A stretch of 64,000 nucleotides of DNA from Deltaproteobacteria bacterium (lineage in GTDB: Bacteria; Myxococcota_A; Polyangia; Fen-1088): the NCBI GenBank assembly GCA_033763315.1, contig JANRKS010000032.1, positions 480,001 through 544,000 on the forward strand, read 5' to 3'. Positions within the stretch are counted from its first letter, which is position 1. The number at the start of each line of letters is the position of its first letter. Both the position numbers and the translations under genes were made by a program. Below are positions 21,461-31,439 of this stretch, one piece after another. The notes beneath the pieces were generated by a model. The model searched no databases, was not told where the DNA came from, and saw only the letters and a list, made by a program, of their open reading frames with translations.

Positions 21461-22861
21461 TCACGTGTCTGCGAGGGGTGGTATGCCAAACGCCCTTTGC
21501 ATTGTGCTGTCGAACTGTTCGGCCGTTAGAAGCCCTTCGCGAAGCACCACATCTCGCAACGTTACGTCTTCAGCCTGAGCGAGCTTGGCAAGGCGCGCGG
21601 CCGCGTCGTATCCGATGAGCGGAGACAACGCCGTGGCGGTCATGAGGGTGCGTTCCACGAAGTGCGCCGTGGCCTGCGCATTCACTTGCAATCCGTCAAC
21701 GCATCGTTGGCGGAACGAATTCATCGCTTGCGCGAGGAGGCCACCAGACTCAAGCAAGCACAGCGCTAGCAATGGCTTGGCCACATTTAACTGCAGCGCC
21801 CCAGACGAAGCGGCGAGATACGCGCAAGCATGATTGCCAGCGACCCGCATACACACCATCACAAGCGCTTCGGCTTGTGATGGGTTGACCTTGCCAGGCA
21901 TAATTGAACTGCCTGGTTCGTTGGCGGGCAATTGCAGCTCACCAAGGCCGCAGCGGGGGCCCGAAGATAGCCAGCGAATGTCGTTCGCCATTTTGGTTAA
22001 TGCCGCCGCCAGCCGGGCGTAGGCACCCATCACAAACAGCAGCCCATCGTGGCTGCTGACCGCGGCAAACTTGTTGCTGGCGCTGGATAGGGGCAGGTTC
22101 AAATCACGTGACAAAGCGGCCGCCATAGCCTCGCCCCAGTGTGCAGGTGCGTTGAGCCCTGTGCCGATGGCTGTCGCGCCGATGGCAAGCTCCGTTAGTC
22201 GCGTCGCTGCCTGTGCAATGTCCTCGGCAGCGGCACTCAGTTGTGCAGCCCACGCGCCCGCTTCCTGGCCCGAGGTCATAGGTGTGGCATCCATGAGATG
22301 CGTGCGTCCGACCTTTGCCATCGATCGCCACCGCTGTTCCAGCTTCTCGAACGCGGCCGCCAACGCTTGCGTGGCTGGAACCACATCCTGCAGCGCCTGT
22401 TGTGCTCCTGCAATGTAGACAGCCGAGGGAAAGGCATCATTGGACGATTGCGCCATGTTGACGTGATCGTTCGGATGCACCGGCTTATGGCTGCCGCGCA
22501 TGCCCCCCAGCAGCTCGCTTGCCCGGTTGGCGATGACTTCATTCACATTCATGTTTGTGTGCGTGCCGCTACCGGTTTGCCAAACACTGAGGGGGAACTC
22601 ATCAGCATGTTGACCCGCCAAGATCTCTTCACACGCAGCGATGATCGCTTTGCTAACCTCGACTGGAAGCGCGCCTCGTTCCGCGTTCAAAATCGCAGCG
22701 GCGCGCTTGATGGACACAAGAGCCAGAATCACCGAGCGTGGCACCGCATGATCGCCGATAGGAAAGTTATGCAATGAGCGCTCGGTCTGGGCGCCCCACA
22801 GACGTTCTGCAGACACCCAAACCTCACCCAGCGAATCACTTTCCTTGCGCCGCTCGGCCAT
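21461..22861 (-). CDS. fumC: Class II fumarate hydratase
   Basis: WGAQTERS, VWQTGSGT, HPNDHVN, GRTHLMDATP, GSSIMPGKVNP signature. Confidence 0.92.
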   Translation of the reverse strand: MAERRKESDSLGEVWVSAERLWGAQTERSLHNFPIGDHAVPRSVILALVSIKRAAAILNAERGALPVEVSKAIIAACEEILAGQHADEFPLSVWQTGSGTHTNMNVNEVIANRASELLGGMRGSHKPVHPNDHVNMAQSSNDAFPSAVYIAGAQQALQDVVPATQALAAAFEKLEQRWRSMAKVGRTHLMDATPMTSGQEAGAWAAQLSAAAEDIAQAATRLTELAIGATAIGTGLNAPAHWGEAMAAALSRDLNLPLSSASNKFAAVSSHDGLLFVMGAYARLAAALTKMANDIRWLSSGPRCGLGELQLPANEPGSSIMPGKVNPSQAEALVMVCMRVAGNHACAYLAASSGALQLNVAKPLLALCLLESGGLLAQAMNSFRQRCVDGLQVNAQATAHFVERTLMTATALSPLIGYDAAARLAKLAQAEDVTLRDVVLREGLLTAEQFDSTMQRAFGIPPLADT

Positions 22862-22864
22862 ACT

Positions 22865-23359
22865 TCAAAGTTCAGATGTGGCGATGCGGCGGGCGTTGTG
22901 CTTGCGCAGCATCTGGCGGATAAGGTTCTGGCTGGCTTCGTCTTCGACCCCCACATTCAGCACAACCTTTTGTCCGCGCACGCGCGTGGCCAGCACTTGC
23001 AGGTTCCGATCGGGAAACGCGCGACCGATCAGCGCTCCCGCCAGGCCACTCAGAATCGCGCCGCAAACGCCGCCCGTGAGCATCGCGACTCCCACGCTGG
23101 AGCCGGATAGGTGTAAGCCTGCGGTAAAGAGCGCCCCTAAGAGCGCGCCAAGTCCTGCGCCCACCATCATGCCGAACCGACCGGTGGCAAAGACAGAGCG
23201 CTCGCTGCTTTCAGTCTTTTTGTCACCAACGGGCACCCACGGCTCAACACGGATGGCCGCCTGGTACTTACCATCCAATTCTTTGCGTTCGCTCAATCCC
23301 TGCAAGGCACGGCGCGCGTCAGTTTCGGTGGGGAACAATGCAAAAAGGTTCTGTGCCAT
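22865..23359 (-). CDS. Membrane protein with Gly-zipper hairpin (general-stress-protein-like)
   Basis: ATG 23359 with GAGGA RBS; two Gly-rich TM segments. Confidence 0.6.
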   Translation of the reverse strand: MAQNLFALFPTETDARRALQGLSERKELDGKYQAAIRVEPWVPVGDKKTESSERSVFATGRFGMMVGAGLGALLGALFTAGLHLSGSSVGVAMLTGGVCGAILSGLAGALIGRAFPDRNLQVLATRVRGQKVVLNVGVEDEASQNLIRQMLRKHNARRIATSEL

Positions 23360-23384
23360 GGTTTCATCCTCGCCTTTTTGGATG

Positions 23385-23400
23385 TGCACAAACCGAGCCA
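23385..23400 (-). promoter_or_regulatory. sigma54-like promoter TGGCTCGGTTTGTGCA
   Basis: GG-N10-GC upstream of the 23359-fumC unit. Confidence 0.55.
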
Positions 23401-23534
23401 GCGGGTGGTGTAACGTTTTAGTGACGGTGTCGGCTTGGATGATCTGTTTCAAACCCGCGCCTTGAAAGCTAGTATTTCGGCTTACGGCGCTTGCAGGGCA
23501 TGCTGTAAGTCCAACGCCAAATGCCGACTTCCCT

Positions 23535-24755
23535 ATGAGTCTATTTGAGAGCCTCGACAGTTATTTTTCACAAGCGGCCTTCATGCCGCACGGCCATTGT
23601 TATCTGTGGCGGCCGGCGCTGGTTTGGACCCATGTGATCACCGATCTATTGATCGGTTCAGCCTATGTTGGCATTTCGGTTACTCTCTATGTGTTGATCC
23701 GCAAGATTCGGTTGCCGTTCTCGGCGATGGTCTTGGCCTTCGGCATCTTCATTGCGGCCTGTGGCGCCACACATTTCATGGAAGTGTGGAATTTGTGGCA
23801 AGCCGACTATTGGACGGCGGCCCTTGTTAAGGCTCTCACCGCGGCGGCTTCTGTGGCCACTTGCTTGTGGCTTGTGCAGTTGCGGCCGCAGATATTCGCG
23901 GTGGCAGAATCCGCTCGGCTATCGGAGCAGCGTCGCGAAGCGCTTGAGCTGATCAACCTTGAGCTTGAACGAAGAACCGGCGAATTGCAGCGGACCAACG
24001 AAGCGCTGGCCGAGCAGCAAAAGCTGCTGGCGCATTCGGCGAAGATGTCGGCCCTGGGTGAGATGGCGGGAGGGATCGCCCACGAGATCAATTCGCCACT
24101 GGCGATTATCACGATTCGAGCCAAGGTACTGGCCCGGCTATGCCAAAGGGGTGGGCTTACGCCTCAGGTGGTGGAACGCGAAGCCGAGTTGCTGGCGAAG
24201 ACAGCCATGCGTATTGGCGACATCATAAAAGGGCTTCGCGCGTTTGCGAGAGAGGGCTCGCACGACGCGTTCGAGTTTGCGAGTGTGAAGTCAATGATCG
24301 AAGACGCTTTGGTCTTGTGCCAAACGAGGTTTAAGAACCGCGACGTTCTTCTCGAGGTGGGTGACGTGTCCGATGACGTATCGGCGCATTGCCGACCAGT
24401 GCAAATCACGCAGGTGATTTTGAACCTGCTTAGCAACGCATTCGATGCTGTTGTGGAAGCGAACGGCGAGCGCTGGGTGAAAGTCAGTGTGGAGCAACGG
24501 GACGCCCACATCGAGATAGCGGTGACCGACAGTGGCCTTGGCATACCCCGAGACTTGCAGCAAAAGATAATGCAGCCCTTCTTTACCACCAAAGAGGTGG
24601 GCAAAGGCACGGGTCTAGGGCTGAGCATCTCGAAGGGCATCGCCGAGTCGCACCGCGGAAGCCTAGAGCTGGATACGATGTCGCCACATACGCGTTTTGT
24701 TTTGCGTCTACCCAAGTCGATGGCAATGGAGGGGGCAGATGAAGAATCCAGCTAG
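23535..24755 (+). CDS. Histidine kinase with N-terminal ETR1-type ethylene-binding-like domain
   Basis: FMPHGHCYLW..., TDLLIGSAYVGI, FIAACGATH, three TM helices; AHEINSPL; GKGTGLGL. Confidence 0.85.
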   Translation: MSLFESLDSYFSQAAFMPHGHCYLWRPALVWTHVITDLLIGSAYVGISVTLYVLIRKIRLPFSAMVLAFGIFIAACGATHFMEVWNLWQADYWTAALVKALTAAASVATCLWLVQLRPQIFAVAESARLSEQRREALELINLELERRTGELQRTNEALAEQQKLLAHSAKMSALGEMAGGIAHEINSPLAIITIRAKVLARLCQRGGLTPQVVEREAELLAKTAMRIGDIIKGLRAFAREGSHDAFEFASVKSMIEDALVLCQTRFKNRDVLLEVGDVSDDVSAHCRPVQITQVILNLLSNAFDAVVEANGERWVKVSVEQRDAHIEIAVTDSGLGIPRDLQQKIMQPFFTTKEVGKGTGLGLSISKGIAESHRGSLELDTMSPHTRFVLRLPKSMAMEGADEESS

Positions 24756-25503
24756 CTTGGTCGGCAAGACCGTCCTGATCGTGGAGGATGAAGACGAGCT
24801 TCGTGAGCCGCTGGCCCTCGAGTTCGAAAGTTTGGGCTCGCACGTGTTTCAAGCGAGCAATGGCGTGCAAGGCTATGACATCATAACCCAGCAAGACATC
24901 GATGTTGTGATCTCAGACATTCGAATGCCCGGCGGCGACGGCATCGAGATGCTGTCGAAGATCAAGGCTTTGCCGCGCCGTACGCCGGTGGTTATGTTGA
25001 TCACCGGCTTCTCGGATGTGTCACTCGAAGAAACCTACGCACGCGGCGCCGAGGCGATTTTGGCCAAGCCTTTTGATCTCGACGACATCGAGACCACCGT
25101 GGAGCGGCTTCTCACGCCGCCTGCGGAACGCTGGGCTGCGCCCTTTGCACCACCAGAGCGCATCAAGCGTCACCTTGAGCGGACCTGTGAGAGTCTTGAG
25201 GCGGCTGCGCGCGAGGGCGTTTTGTCGCTAGGCAAAGGTGGTTTCTTCTTGGGCCGCCCGCAGCCACATGAGAAAACCAACGTTGGCAACCTTGTGTCCT
25301 TTCACGTGACGTTCGAGAAAGGCGAGGCCCTCGTTTTCGAGGGCACGGGAATTTTACGCTGGATGCGGCCTCAAGAGACCGCCGAGCTTCAATCAGGTTG
25401 CGGCATCGAGTTCTGTTCTTTGGCGCCTAACACGCGCGACGCGGTTTTGCGGCTGGTAGAAAAGTTACCTTCGCCTTCCTACCTGCCGCGAAACGCGCCT
25501 TGA
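24739..25503 (+). CDS. Response regulator, REC plus PilZ-like C-terminal domain
   Basis: REC (ISDIRMP); C-terminal SLGKGGFF...G.LRW...GCGIEF resembles a PilZ barrel; start ATG 24739. Confidence 0.8.
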   Translation: MKNPASLVGKTVLIVEDEDELREPLALEFESLGSHVFQASNGVQGYDIITQQDIDVVISDIRMPGGDGIEMLSKIKALPRRTPVVMLITGFSDVSLEETYARGAEAILAKPFDLDDIETTVERLLTPPAERWAAPFAPPERIKRHLERTCESLEAAAREGVLSLGKGGFFLGRPQPHEKTNVGNLVSFHVTFEKGEALVFEGTGILRWMRPQETAELQSGCGIEFCSLAPNTRDAVLRLVEKLPSPSYLPRNAP

Positions 25504-25507
25504 TTGC

Positions 25508-26476
25508 CTATTGCGCTTGTTGCATCGACAATTGATCGCGGTGAGGCACGATCACTTCAACGCGGCGGTTGTTTGCGCGCCCTTCAGGTGAGCTGTTTGC
25601 CGCCACGGGTTCGGATTCGCCCTTGCCCACCGCCACCACGGCCGCTGGTGGCACACCATTTTCGATCAGGTAAACACGCACCGATTCGGCGCGTGCCTGC
25701 GAAAGTTGTTGATTAAACGAGTCACTGCCGCGGTCGTCCGTGTGTCCTTGGATCACCACGGGGTCCCCCGACTTATAGTTCCGCAAGGCTGTGGCCAAAG
25801 GCTGCATCTTTTCTTTGGCTGTGCCAAGCAAGACGCTCTTGCCCGACTCAAACAACACGCTGCCCGCGAAAGTGATGACCAGTCGTTCGCGATCTTGCTT
25901 AACGGCTGCCATCGCTTGCAAGTCTTTGAGCGCCGCGTCCGCGCGCGCTTCGGCTTCTTGCCGCGCCTGCGTCTCTGCAGCCAATGCCTGTTCCTTCTGA
26001 GTCAGCTGTTGGTTCGCTTGGTTAAGCCGCGCCTGATCCTGCTGCGCCGCCGCCTGCGTTGTTTCAAGCTTGCCGGTCGTGCGAACGAGATCCAACTCCT
26101 TCTTGTTGTTCTCCTCTTTCAAATCGGCCGATCGACGTTCAAGCGTGGTCGTGTAGGCCTCCTGGTTCTTTTCGCGTTCAAGGCGTGCCTGCTCGGCTTG
26201 CGCGTGGGCAACCGCTGTCAGCGTCTTGCGGTGTGCGAGGTAGGCATAGTGTGTCTCGTCTCCAGAGCGGGGATCGTCCTTGTGTGCGGCCTCGGCCTTT
26301 GCCAGCAGCTTCTGGGCTTCGTAGAGGTCTTTCGGGGCGTATGTCGACGCGCGTGCCTGGTCGGCGGACTGCATCGCGGTTCGCGCCTGCACGAGTTGGC
26401 TTGACGGCTGGTTGGAGCCGCAACCCAGCATCAACGTGGTCACAGAAATGAAACCAAAACCTAATAGCGTTTTCAT
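25508..26476 (-). CDS. OmpA-family lipoprotein with DUF4398-like coiled coil
   Basis: Lipobox MLGC; GHTDDRG...NQQLSQARA...NRRVEV. Confidence 0.9.
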   Translation of the reverse strand: MKTLLGFGFISVTTLMLGCGSNQPSSQLVQARTAMQSADQARASTYAPKDLYEAQKLLAKAEAAHKDDPRSGDETHYAYLAHRKTLTAVAHAQAEQARLEREKNQEAYTTTLERRSADLKEENNKKELDLVRTTGKLETTQAAAQQDQARLNQANQQLTQKEQALAAETQARQEAEARADAALKDLQAMAAVKQDRERLVITFAGSVLFESGKSVLLGTAKEKMQPLATALRNYKSGDPVVIQGHTDDRGSDSFNQQLSQARAESVRVYLIENGVPPAAVVAVGKGESEPVAANSSPEGRANNRRVEVIVPHRDQLSMQQAQ

Positions 26477-26494
26477 TGGGGTACCCTCCACCGG

Positions 26495-26851
26495 CTAGAA
26501 ACGGCCGTCTTGCAGTTGCTGCACGCGCGCGGCCGCTTGCTGCGCACTTTCCTTTTCGCCTTCAGCTTTCGCCACGGCGATGGCCACTTCAGCGTCGGCT
26601 TTCGCACGCTCAAGCACGCGCGCGGCCTTTTCCTGTTCGCCGTCTTTCATCAGCTTTTCGGCGCTAGCAATCTGTTGCTTGGCCAGATCCAGGTACAGGG
26701 CCGATTGCGGCACACCCTCTGCGCCCACTTCTTCGGCCGCGCGCACCGCGGCTTTGGTGTCGGTTTCTTTCTCCACGGGCCGCGAGGCGCCACAGGCAAG
26801 GATGCCGAGCGGCAAACCCAGCATCAACATTCCAGGGATCGTTCTTCTCAT
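26495..26851 (-). CDS. DUF4398-like lipoprotein
   Basis: Lipobox ILAC; AVRAAEEVGA...RAKADAEVA; RBS GGAGGA. Confidence 0.8.
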   Translation of the reverse strand: MRRTIPGMLMLGLPLGILACGASRPVEKETDTKAAVRAAEEVGAEGVPQSALYLDLAKQQIASAEKLMKDGEQEKAARVLERAKADAEVAIAVAKAEGEKESAQQAAARVQQLQDGRF

Positions 26852-26884
26852 GTCGTCCTCCAATGGTTTCGACATAAGAAAAGC

Positions 26885-26900
26885 AGCACGAATCGTGCCA
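26885..26900 (-). promoter_or_regulatory. sigma54-like promoter TGGCACGATTCGTGCT
   Basis: Near-consensus. Confidence 0.75.
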
Positions 26901-26913
26901 CCAAGCGACGGCC

Positions 26914-28359
26914 CTAAGCGGGAAGGTGTGTGCGGGGTAATGTGATCTTAAAGCGCGTGCCGTCTTGTGGGGTGGATGTCAATTCCATTTTGCCGCCGTG
27001 CAAACGGATGATCTCATCCGCGATGAACAACCCCAGGCCCAGGCCCTGGCGCGACGATGAAGCACCCCGTCGAAACGGCTTAAGCAGATCCGGCATCACG
27101 TCTTCGGGGATGGCTCCGCCGTTGCTAACCTCGATCACCACTTGATCGTTCGTTGTGCCGTTGATGGAAACAACAACCGGGGCGGCCGCGTCTCCGTGAA
27201 CCAAAGCGTTTGACAGCAGATTGGAAAACACCTGCCCCAGTCGATCGCGATCCCATGTGCCTACCATGGCGCCATCACGCGAAAAAGTGAGCGTGCGCTG
27301 GCTGTGCGCCGCACGTAACTCCTCAACAAGGTCGGCGATCAGTTCCGCCAGATCAAAGGCCGACGGCCGTACCTCCAATCCCACGCCTAGCCGCACCCGG
27401 GTAAAGTCGAGCAACTGTTCGATCATGCGTGTCATGCGGTCAGCGCTGTTGGCGATGCGTGTGCCTATCTTCTGCACACGATCCGCGGGCGCGTTGGCGG
27501 GCGTCATGGAAAGCATCTGCGCACCCATTTTGATTGCACTGAGTGGATTGCGCAGATCGTGGCCCAAGATGCCGATGAAAACCTGGGCAAAGTGTGCAAC
27601 GCGTTCAGCTTCTATGCGTGCGCCGCGTTCACGTTCAAAAGCGCTTTGCACGCTTTGAATGTTGGTGGCGGTGCCATACCATCGCGAAACCTCTCCCTTG
27701 GTATCGCGTATGCCGACGGCGCGGCTTACGTGCCATTCATACGAGCCATCCGCGCGCAGCAGGCGATGCTTCATTTCATAGACGGAATCTCCGTCGCCCG
27801 GGGTGTTGGCCTGCAGCCAGGCTGCCGATGTTGCGGCGCGATCTTCGGAATGCACAAGAGGCCGCCAGTCCAAAACTTGGCCGTCCGGGTTTGCGTACTC
27901 GCGTCTGCGGTCGTTATAATAGTCAACGTGGCCATCCCCAGTGGCGCTCCAAACCAACTGAGGCATCGTGTTGGCGAGTTCTTTTAGATGTTCTTCGGCC
28001 TGTTTGCGTTCACTGATATCTAAAACCGTGAACCCCACGCATGGCTGTGCGCCGGGAATGGGAAAAACGGAAATATGCCAACACGCAAATTGAAAGCGTC
28101 CCTGCGGCGTAGGCACAGACACCTCTTCGTGAACCACGGTGTTGGTCGCATGAACTTGCTTGATAAGTTCAATCGTCTTCGCGCCGAAGGTGGCTGCCAC
28201 CTCGGCCACGGGCCGTCCCTCGTGTTGGTTCACGGGAACGCCGTCCATCACGGCCAGCGCGGCGTTGACACGCGTAAAGCAAAGATTGGCGTCGACAATC
28301 GCCATCCCGAGGTGCGTGTGATCGAAGAACGCATCTAACAAATGTCGTTCGCTCGTCAA
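26914..28359 (-). CDS. PAS-PAS sensor histidine kinase
   Basis: Two PAS domains, LGHDLRNPL, GLGLGLF. Confidence 0.9.
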   Translation of the reverse strand: MTSERHLLDAFFDHTHLGMAIVDANLCFTRVNAALAVMDGVPVNQHEGRPVAEVAATFGAKTIELIKQVHATNTVVHEEVSVPTPQGRFQFACWHISVFPIPGAQPCVGFTVLDISERKQAEEHLKELANTMPQLVWSATGDGHVDYYNDRRREYANPDGQVLDWRPLVHSEDRAATSAAWLQANTPGDGDSVYEMKHRLLRADGSYEWHVSRAVGIRDTKGEVSRWYGTATNIQSVQSAFERERGARIEAERVAHFAQVFIGILGHDLRNPLSAIKMGAQMLSMTPANAPADRVQKIGTRIANSADRMTRMIEQLLDFTRVRLGVGLEVRPSAFDLAELIADLVEELRAAHSQRTLTFSRDGAMVGTWDRDRLGQVFSNLLSNALVHGDAAAPVVVSINGTTNDQVVIEVSNGGAIPEDVMPDLLKPFRRGASSSRQGLGLGLFIADEIIRLHGGKMELTSTPQDGTRFKITLPRTHLPA

Positions 28360-28523
28360 AGCTTCGCCTCCAAGTTGCGCGGATTCGCCATTTGTCGCAG
28401 AGCTTGTGCCCTATCGGTCAAGGGGTCAAGCGCCAGCAGAGTGGACAACATGTGTCGCCGGTTACTCGCCTGTAACCGATGGGGAATATTCGCTTTCAAA
28501 GCGTCTGGCTTTGCATCCACTGT

Positions 28524-28539
28524 TGGCATCGCTCTTGAA
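28524..28539 (+). promoter_or_regulatory. sigma54-like promoter TGGCATCGCTCTTGAA
   Basis: -12 GA variant; palindrome CGGTTAC-N6-GTAACCG upstream at 28459-28478. Confidence 0.6.
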
Positions 28540-28563
28540 TGCAACCGCTGCGGAGGCCCGAAG

Positions 28564-29118
28564 ATGAAAAAGGCGAATCGAGAATCCACAGAGGCGGTTG
28601 ACCCGTCTTTGTACAACGCGAAGACCGTGAAAACGAACATCGTTCCCGTGATGACGGAACAGGTGATGGCAAGCGTGAAGGACATAATGACACCCGAGGT
28701 GGTGGCGGTGGAAGGAAGCCTCCCTGTTGCTTTCGCGGCACAGCTCATGCGCGACAACGACGTGGGCATTTTGCCAGTTGTGAATGAAGAAGGTGCCGTG
28801 GTGGGGTGTGTGACGGATCGCGATCTTGCCATCCGCGCTTTGACTCCGGATGTCTCCAGCCCGCAAGCGTTGGTGGTTCGGGACGTCATGTCCGAGAACG
28901 CTTGGTGCGCCAGCAGCGACGACAGCGTGGAAGATGTCTTGAATGCGATGGGTAAGTACCGCGTGCGACGGATACCTGTTGTGGATGAGGGCAAAAAGCT
29001 CATTGGCATTATCTCGATCGGGGATGCGGCGGTGCGGGCCGATAGGGACGAAGCGTTGCAGAGGGTGCTTGAGAAGATTTCGCGACACGAAGGGTTCTGG
29101 CAAACCGCGTGGCGGTAG
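28564..29118 (+). CDS. CBS-domain pair protein
   Basis: VKDIMT...LPVV...VTDRDLAIR...RRIPVVD; start ATG 28564 with GGAGG RBS. Confidence 0.9.
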   Translation: MKKANRESTEAVDPSLYNAKTVKTNIVPVMTEQVMASVKDIMTPEVVAVEGSLPVAFAAQLMRDNDVGILPVVNEEGAVVGCVTDRDLAIRALTPDVSSPQALVVRDVMSENAWCASSDDSVEDVLNAMGKYRVRRIPVVDEGKKLIGIISIGDAAVRADRDEALQRVLEKISRHEGFWQTAWR

Positions 29119-29130
29119 CAGGCGTGAAGC

Positions 29131-29164
29131 GGTGGCGGACGGCCCATATTCGCCGCCCGCCACC
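29131..29164. terminator. GC-rich hairpin between convergent genes
   Basis: GGTGGCGGACGGC-N8-GCCGCCCGCCACC. Confidence 0.5.
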
Positions 29165-29179
29165 GAATGGTGGCCCGCC

Positions 29180-31408
29180 TCACCAGCGGAGCAGGTCGGC
29201 GTTGATTCGTCGCCACACCTGAACCGAACGCCCCGGCAGGTCAAGTTTATCTCCCGGTGCCAGCGTGATGGAAGGCGCGCATTGCCCATCTGCCGTATCG
29301 AAGTCTTTCACGAAAAGTCCGCCGCCGAGCGCCGCGGGTAAAACGAACGGCAGCGGATCCCAGTGCGCGTTGAACAGCAGATAAAAGTCATCGTCCACCA
29401 CCTTGAACCCACGTTCGTCGGTTGATTGAATGCCACGCCCATTCAAAAATACGCCCAGGCTCTTTGCGAAGGACGCGTTCCAGTCGTCCTCGGACATCAA
29501 AGAGCCATCGGCTCTGAACCAGCCGATGTCTTGCAGGCCTGTGCCCCGGATGTTCTTGCCCTCAAACCAACGTCGGCGGGTGAACACGGGATGTTGCTGC
29601 CGATAAGCGATCAGCGCCCGTGTGAAGACCAGCAGGTCTTTGTCGAGCTTTGACCATTGGATCCAAGCCGTCTCGTTGTCTTGGCAGTATACGTTGTTGT
29701 TGCCTCCTTGCGTTCTGCCGAGCTCGTCGCCATGAAGCAACATCGGTACGCCCTGCGAGAGCATGAGCGTTACCAAGAAATTGCGCCTTTGCTGCTGGCG
29801 GAGCTGTTTGACGGCAGCATCGTCAGTGGGACCCTCCACTCCGCAGTTCCACGATCGGTTGTTGCTTTCACCGTCGCGGTTGCCTTCGCCGTTGGCGTCG
29901 TTGTGCTTTTCGTTGTACGAAACCAAATCATTGAGCGTGAAGCCGTCGTGCGCAGTGATGAAGTTGATCGAAGCGTGAGGACGTCGTCCGTTGCTCAGAT
30001 AAAGGTGTGAACTGCCCGTGAAACAACCCGCAAAGTGAGGCAGCGTTTGTTCGTTGCCCTGCCAGAACGAACGCATGCAATCGCGGTAATCGCCATTCCA
30101 CTCGCTCCACACCGGCGGAAACTTGCCGACTTGATAGCCGCCATCACCCACGTCCCATGGCTCCGCGATGAGCTTTGTTTGGCTGATTACAGGATCTTGC
30201 TGAATGAGATGAAAGAAGGTTGAAAGGCGGTCCACCGCGTGAAGCTCTCGGGCCAGCACCGAGGCCAGATCAAAGCGGAACCCATCAACGTGCATCTCAA
30301 GCACCCAATAGCGCAAAGAATCCATGATCATTTGCATCACGTGGGGATGCTTCATGTTCAAGCTATTGCCCGTCCCGGTGTAGTCCATATAGAATTCGGG
30401 CGCTTCGGGCGAAAGCTTGTAATAGGCGGCGTTGTCGATGCCACGCCAGCACAGCGTGGGCCCTTTGTGGTTGCCCTCGCAGGTGTGGTTGTAGACCACG
30501 TCAAGAATGACTTCGATACCCGCTTGGTGCAGAGCCTTCACCATGCTTTTGAATTCTTGCACCTGCTGGCCGCGGGTTCCCGCGCTGCAATACTCTTGAT
30601 GGGGCGCAAAGTAGGAGAGCGTGTTGTACCCCCAATAGTTGCGGAGCCCCTGGTCCAAGAGGTGGCCGTCGTGCAAGAACTCATGCACAGGCATCAGTTC
30701 CACCGCCGTAATGCCCAACCGCATGAGATAATCAATGGATTCCGGATGAGCGACGCCAGCGTAGGTGCCCCGCAGAGCCTCGGGTATGCGAGGGTTCAGC
30801 GCCGTGAAACCTTTGACGTGCATCTCGTAGATCACGGTCTCGTTCATCGGTGTGCGCGCGGCTCGATCGTTGGCCCAATCAAAGTACGGGTTGATCACAA
30901 CCGAGCGCGGCGCGAACGGCGCACTGTCACGTCCCTCCGGTCCGACGGACTGCAACGCTTCGTTGGGGATCACCAAGCCGTCGATGGCCTTGCTGTACGG
31001 ATCCAACAACAGCTTGCTGCTGTCGCAACGTTGACCTTGCACGGGGTTCCACGGGCCGTGAACCCGATAGCCGTATCGCTGGCCTGGTCCCACACGAGGC
31101 AAATACGCGTGCCAACAGTTCGCCGTCATTTCGGGCAGGCGAATGCGGGTTTCCTTGTTGTCTTCATCAAATAGACATAGATCCACCGCTTCGGCTATTT
31201 CCGAGAACAACGAGAAGTTTGTTCCGCTACCGTCGAAGGTGGCGCCCAGCGGAAATGGCTTTCCTGGCCACACTTCACTTGCGGTCTGAGGGCGCAACCG
31301 CGGGGCACGCGCCTCCGTCGGGGCTTTCGAAGTCTTGGGCTGAGCCGAAACCTCGGGTGGGCTCTCTTCGTGAATCTTCTCTTTAATTGGTTTTGTGGGT
31401 GAGTTCAT
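29180..31408 (-). CDS. glgX: Glycogen debranching enzyme / isoamylase
   Basis: WPGKPFPLGAT, NYWGYNT, DVVYNHT, DGFRFDLA, IAEPWD, AHDGFTL; start set at ATG 31408. Confidence 0.95.
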   Translation of the reverse strand: MNSPTKPIKEKIHEESPPEVSAQPKTSKAPTEARAPRLRPQTASEVWPGKPFPLGATFDGSGTNFSLFSEIAEAVDLCLFDEDNKETRIRLPEMTANCWHAYLPRVGPGQRYGYRVHGPWNPVQGQRCDSSKLLLDPYSKAIDGLVIPNEALQSVGPEGRDSAPFAPRSVVINPYFDWANDRAARTPMNETVIYEMHVKGFTALNPRIPEALRGTYAGVAHPESIDYLMRLGITAVELMPVHEFLHDGHLLDQGLRNYWGYNTLSYFAPHQEYCSAGTRGQQVQEFKSMVKALHQAGIEVILDVVYNHTCEGNHKGPTLCWRGIDNAAYYKLSPEAPEFYMDYTGTGNSLNMKHPHVMQMIMDSLRYWVLEMHVDGFRFDLASVLARELHAVDRLSTFFHLIQQDPVISQTKLIAEPWDVGDGGYQVGKFPPVWSEWNGDYRDCMRSFWQGNEQTLPHFAGCFTGSSHLYLSNGRRPHASINFITAHDGFTLNDLVSYNEKHNDANGEGNRDGESNNRSWNCGVEGPTDDAAVKQLRQQQRRNFLVTLMLSQGVPMLLHGDELGRTQGGNNNVYCQDNETAWIQWSKLDKDLLVFTRALIAYRQQHPVFTRRRWFEGKNIRGTGLQDIGWFRADGSLMSEDDWNASFAKSLGVFLNGRGIQSTDERGFKVVDDDFYLLFNAHWDPLPFVLPAALGGGLFVKDFDTADGQCAPSITLAPGDKLDLPGRSVQVWRRINADLLRW

Positions 31409-31423
31409 CTCGCGCGTCACAGA

Positions 31424-31439
31424 AGCAAAACGAGTACCA
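31424..31439 (-). promoter_or_regulatory. sigma54-like promoter TGGTACTCGTTTTGCT
   Basis: GG-N10-GC upstream of glgX. Confidence 0.65.

Noticed and set aside
23478-23496. sigma54-like site before the ETR1-like kinase (similar near-misses near 28390-, 37675-, 41687- and 60908-)
   Set aside because: GG-to-GC spacing is off by 1-2 nt or there is no -12 element; sigma54 spacing is strict
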